A DNA stretch of 27,481 nt from a virus (lineage: Duplodnaviria; Caudoviricetes), in the IMG/VR virus record IMGVR_UViG_3300025723_000136, positions 1 through 27,481 of that record; one strand, given 5' to 3'. This document shows, piece after piece, positions 24,957 through 27,481 of this stretch. The notes beneath the pieces were generated by a model. That model saw only the letters and a program-made list of their open reading frames with translations. It was not told the origin of the DNA and did not search any database. Made by a program: the position numbers and the translations under genes. Numbering within the stretch: position 1 is the stretch's first letter; each line of letters opens with the position of its first letter.

Positions 24957-25524
24957 GATCAATGGACGCGGCGGTGAGATCGTTATCGGACGAGTATCCC
25001 GCGAGGTCTATGATTATTTCGAATCCGGTGATATCAGCATCGAAGATTTCGCTTGCGACTGGGATCAAGTAACTGCAGTTCCCGATCAGTTCCAGCCGTT
25101 TCCTCCTGGTGAGTGGAGCGAGTGTGATGATGTCGCTCATGGGTTTGGCACAGAGCCTGATCATACCTTCATCACAGTCACTGATGAAGACGGCGTCGTG
25201 ATACTGGACCATGTGGATTATAGCAGCCTTCTCAAGGTGGGAACCAAGATCGAATGTGAGTTCGTTGATCCAGAAGATATCCTAGAAATCGAAGAACCGT
25301 ACGTTGTGGCTCAAAGTTTCGAGAAGGGTCTCTTCTACACATTTGAAGTGGAATCACACGCATTTGAAGCGAGCCGCCTAACTCTCATGCTCACTGAAGT
25401 TGCTGGATGGGAACTCGTGACTGGTCTTCGCTATAATGGTGAAGATTTAGTGATGGATGTTGATAAGATCGATACTGATACCAAGGGCTTTGAGGCTGCT
25501 CTTTACATCATGGAAGAGGACTGA
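24937..25524 (+). CDS. highly acidic hypothetical protein (195 aa)
   Basis: SD AAGGAGA; roughly a quarter of residues are Asp/Glu. Confidence 0.8.
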   Translation: MKKYKIEINGRGGEIVIGRVSREVYDYFESGDISIEDFACDWDQVTAVPDQFQPFPPGEWSECDDVAHGFGTEPDHTFITVTDEDGVVILDHVDYSSLLKVGTKIECEFVDPEDILEIEEPYVVAQSFEKGLFYTFEVESHAFEASRLTLMLTEVAGWELVTGLRYNGEDLVMDVDKIDTDTKGFEAALYIMEED

Positions 25525-25528
25525 TATA

Positions 25529-25870
25529 ATGTCTTATTATGAAGCAGAGGTTGCTGCGTATGAAAAAGATACAGAGGAAAAGAAGATGAATTGGTTTGAT
25601 CGTTGGTTTGAACGGCAATGCAGAAAAGCTTGGTCGAATAGCCGTAATAAGACAAAAACTAGCCCGGTGGTTAGTCTCGAACGTAACATGAGTGCCCGAT
25701 CCAGCATAAATTTCACGATCTATCCCGCTTCAGGGGGTTGGGTCATCGAACACGCCAAATATACCCGTGACCGAGACGGTGACGGTCCGTCATTGACCAT
25801 CGTAAATCACGGTGAAGAATTGGGCAAGGCTGTAGAACATATTATCTCTCTGGAATCGCTGCGGTCATAA
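25529..25870 (+). CDS. hypothetical protein (113 aa)
   Basis: SD GAGGA before ATG 25529 (alternative ATG 25586); the track start at 25457 overlaps the previous gene. Confidence 0.7.
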   Translation: MSYYEAEVAAYEKDTEEKKMNWFDRWFERQCRKAWSNSRNKTKTSPVVSLERNMSARSSINFTIYPASGGWVIEHAKYTRDRDGDGPSLTIVNHGEELGKAVEHIISLESLRS

Positions 25871-26457
25871 TGGCTAAGGCTAAACTGGCAGCAGATGAAC
25901 AGATAGACAAGCAAGATTTTGACTTGTTCGATGCCCTAACGGCTATCGACAGGAAAGACTACGCATATTATGATCGTCTATCTCCTGAACAACAGAAGAA
26001 GTTTGTTCCGTTCATGATGCTGCATTGGATCAGCGCCATCAAGGGCAGCAAGGACATACAGACTTACTATCTACAGAGCACCGATTATCATGCCAACAAA
26101 TATATGTTCAACGAGAATGTGGGCAAGCATCCCAAACTACAATGGTTGATGTTGTGTGCTGCGAGTCCAGGAATCGGTAAGCAGTTTCATCAGTGGATTC
26201 CTCAGATCAAGGATCGTGTCACTAGGCTGCGTGAGAGTCCGAAGCAGAAAGACATCAAAGAATATTTCAAGAAAATATATCCCAGCAAGAGGGACGATGA
26301 ACTCTCTGAAATGAGCGAAGAGTATGTGAATAACCATCGTCGCAGGATGTATCTTGCGAGTGAGTTTCCCTCTCTTAAATACGATGAGATAGAGTTATTG
26401 AGCGTTTTAACGACAGATGAAGACATTGAAACTTACAAAGAAGCCTGCGGAAACTAA
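25870..26457 (+). CDS. putative clamp loader small subunit (T4 gp62-like)
   Basis: FVPFMMLHWIS...HPKLQWLML...KQFHQWI pattern resembles gp62-type proteins; replication context. Confidence 0.55.
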   Translation: MAKAKLAADEQIDKQDFDLFDALTAIDRKDYAYYDRLSPEQQKKFVPFMMLHWISAIKGSKDIQTYYLQSTDYHANKYMFNENVGKHPKLQWLMLCAASPGIGKQFHQWIPQIKDRVTRLRESPKQKDIKEYFKKIYPSKRDDELSEMSEEYVNNHRRRMYLASEFPSLKYDEIELLSVLTTDEDIETYKEACGN

Positions 26458-27133
26458 ATCAGAGTTCAGTTGCGATTTCTGCAACAGATCGTTTCAGCGT
26501 GAGCAAACCATGATGAAACATCTTTGCGAGAACAAACGCCGCTGGCAGGATAAAGATATGCCAGGGAATCGCATCGGCTTTCAATCCTGGCTCAGTTTTT
26601 ATACGAAGAACACTTCTGCGAAGAAGCAACGCACGTACCTAGACTTCATAAAGAGCGCATATTATATCGCGTTCATCAAGTTTGGACATTATTGTGTCAA
26701 TGTCAAGTGCCTGAATGTCAGTAGATATGCTGATTGGTTGCTAAAGAATAATATAAAGATCGACAAATGGTGCAGCGATGAGAACTATACGAAGTTCCTA
26801 GTCGAATATCTGCGAGATGAAGATCCTCTAGATGCGATTGCCCGTAGTATTGAGATCACTATCGAACTAGCAAAGGAATCGGGCCTTCAGAGCAAGGATT
26901 GCCTGAGATATGCTAATCGAAATCGTCTCTGCTACATGATCACTGGTGGAAAGATCAGTCCGTGGATGCTGTATCAGTGCGAGAGCGGAATCGAGTTCAT
27001 CGAAAGTTTGGATGAATCCCAGCAACGGATGATCATCGATTATATCAGTCCTGAGAAATGGGCTGTTCGGTTCAAGCGACATTCATCCGTTGTCACGCAA
27101 GTCAAAGAGTTGTTGTCTGCTGCAGGGTATTGA
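26417..27133 (+). CDS. hypothetical protein with N-terminal Zn-finger (238 aa)
   Basis: FSCDFCNRSFQREQTMMKHLC, a C2H2-like finger ending H-x-C. Confidence 0.75.
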   Translation: MKTLKLTKKPAETKSEFSCDFCNRSFQREQTMMKHLCENKRRWQDKDMPGNRIGFQSWLSFYTKNTSAKKQRTYLDFIKSAYYIAFIKFGHYCVNVKCLNVSRYADWLLKNNIKIDKWCSDENYTKFLVEYLRDEDPLDAIARSIEITIELAKESGLQSKDCLRYANRNRLCYMITGGKISPWMLYQCESGIEFIESLDESQQRMIIDYISPEKWAVRFKRHSSVVTQVKELLSAAGY

Positions 27134-27387
27134 TGGTATATAATCACTACAATGGTAAGCGTGGGTGGGAAGATACCAATCCTAAGTGGCATGAGATAAG
27201 CATACCGTGCAAATATGAAGCGACTAATGCTGTTCCGGATTATGAACAGGTTATACTCTGGTTATACGAGCATATAGACAACTGCGAGCGACATTGTAGA
27301 TGGTATTTTGATCTCGTGAACCGAGCAGTCAGAATAAAGTTTAGATATGAAAAAGATTATATCTTATGCACATTGAGGTGGTCCTAG
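27133..27387 (+). CDS. small hypothetical protein with C-terminal F..EKD....LRW motif (84 aa)
   Basis: TGATG coupling at 27131-27135; ends KFRYEKDYILCTLRWS. Confidence 0.7.
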   Translation: MVYNHYNGKRGWEDTNPKWHEISIPCKYEATNAVPDYEQVILWLYEHIDNCERHCRWYFDLVNRAVRIKFRYEKDYILCTLRWS

Positions 27388-27480
27388 ATGTACGAAATAG
27401 AAACAACAGAAGTTGTCCCTAACACCTTTCACAAGATAAAGAAAAAATTATGGGAAAACGGTGAGTGGGTAGACCGAACC
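27388..27480 (+). CDS. hypothetical protein, 3'-truncated
   Basis: SD GAGGTG, ATG directly after the previous TAG; MYEIETTEVVPNTFHKIKKKLWENGEWVDRT, open to the window end. Confidence 0.55.
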   Translation, partial: MYEIETTEVVPNTFHKIKKKLWENGEWVDRT

Positions 27481-27481
27481 T

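Noticed and set aside
1-27481. Stop-codon reassignment, tRNA genes, and remaining short minus-strand or nested ORFs
   Set aside because: Conserved genes are full length under the standard code and end in TAA, TGA and TAG; intergenic gaps are short with no cloverleaf seen; the short ORFs lie within better-supported genes.

Overview
Fragment of a large T4-related dsDNA tailed phage genome. All credible genes are on the + strand, the standard genetic code fits, and both ends are truncated. In order: a cluster of LamG/lectin-like fibre or decoration proteins; a MoxR-type AAA+ ATPase and its HEXXH-metallopeptidase/VWA partner; small hypotheticals and thymidylate synthase; a late block (gp9/gp10-like protein, two paralogues with a T4-like capsid-targeting N-terminus flanking a Cys-nucleophile Ntn-hydrolase, SAM methyltransferase, a beta-rich structural protein, large terminase, and a 562-aa protein rich in prohead-protease-type sites); then a recombination/replication block (gp32-like SSB, two free-standing putative homing endonucleases, UvsX, UvsY, a second P-loop ATPase, UvsW, gp62-like clamp loader subunit, Zn-finger protein). 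Two promoter classes are readable: sigma70-like TTGAC-N17-TA..T and T4-late-like (G/C/A/T)ATAAATA. The most interesting candidates are a putative capsid-packaged polyprotein and internal-protein cargo system, predicted leaderless transcripts (including terminase), a late promoter inside an RBS-sequestering hairpin, a structured gp32 leader with an anti-SD loop, and a mini-gene inserted between 18-bp direct repeats. No tRNA, rRNA or CRISPR array was seen. All family calls come from motif recognition by eye, not database searches.
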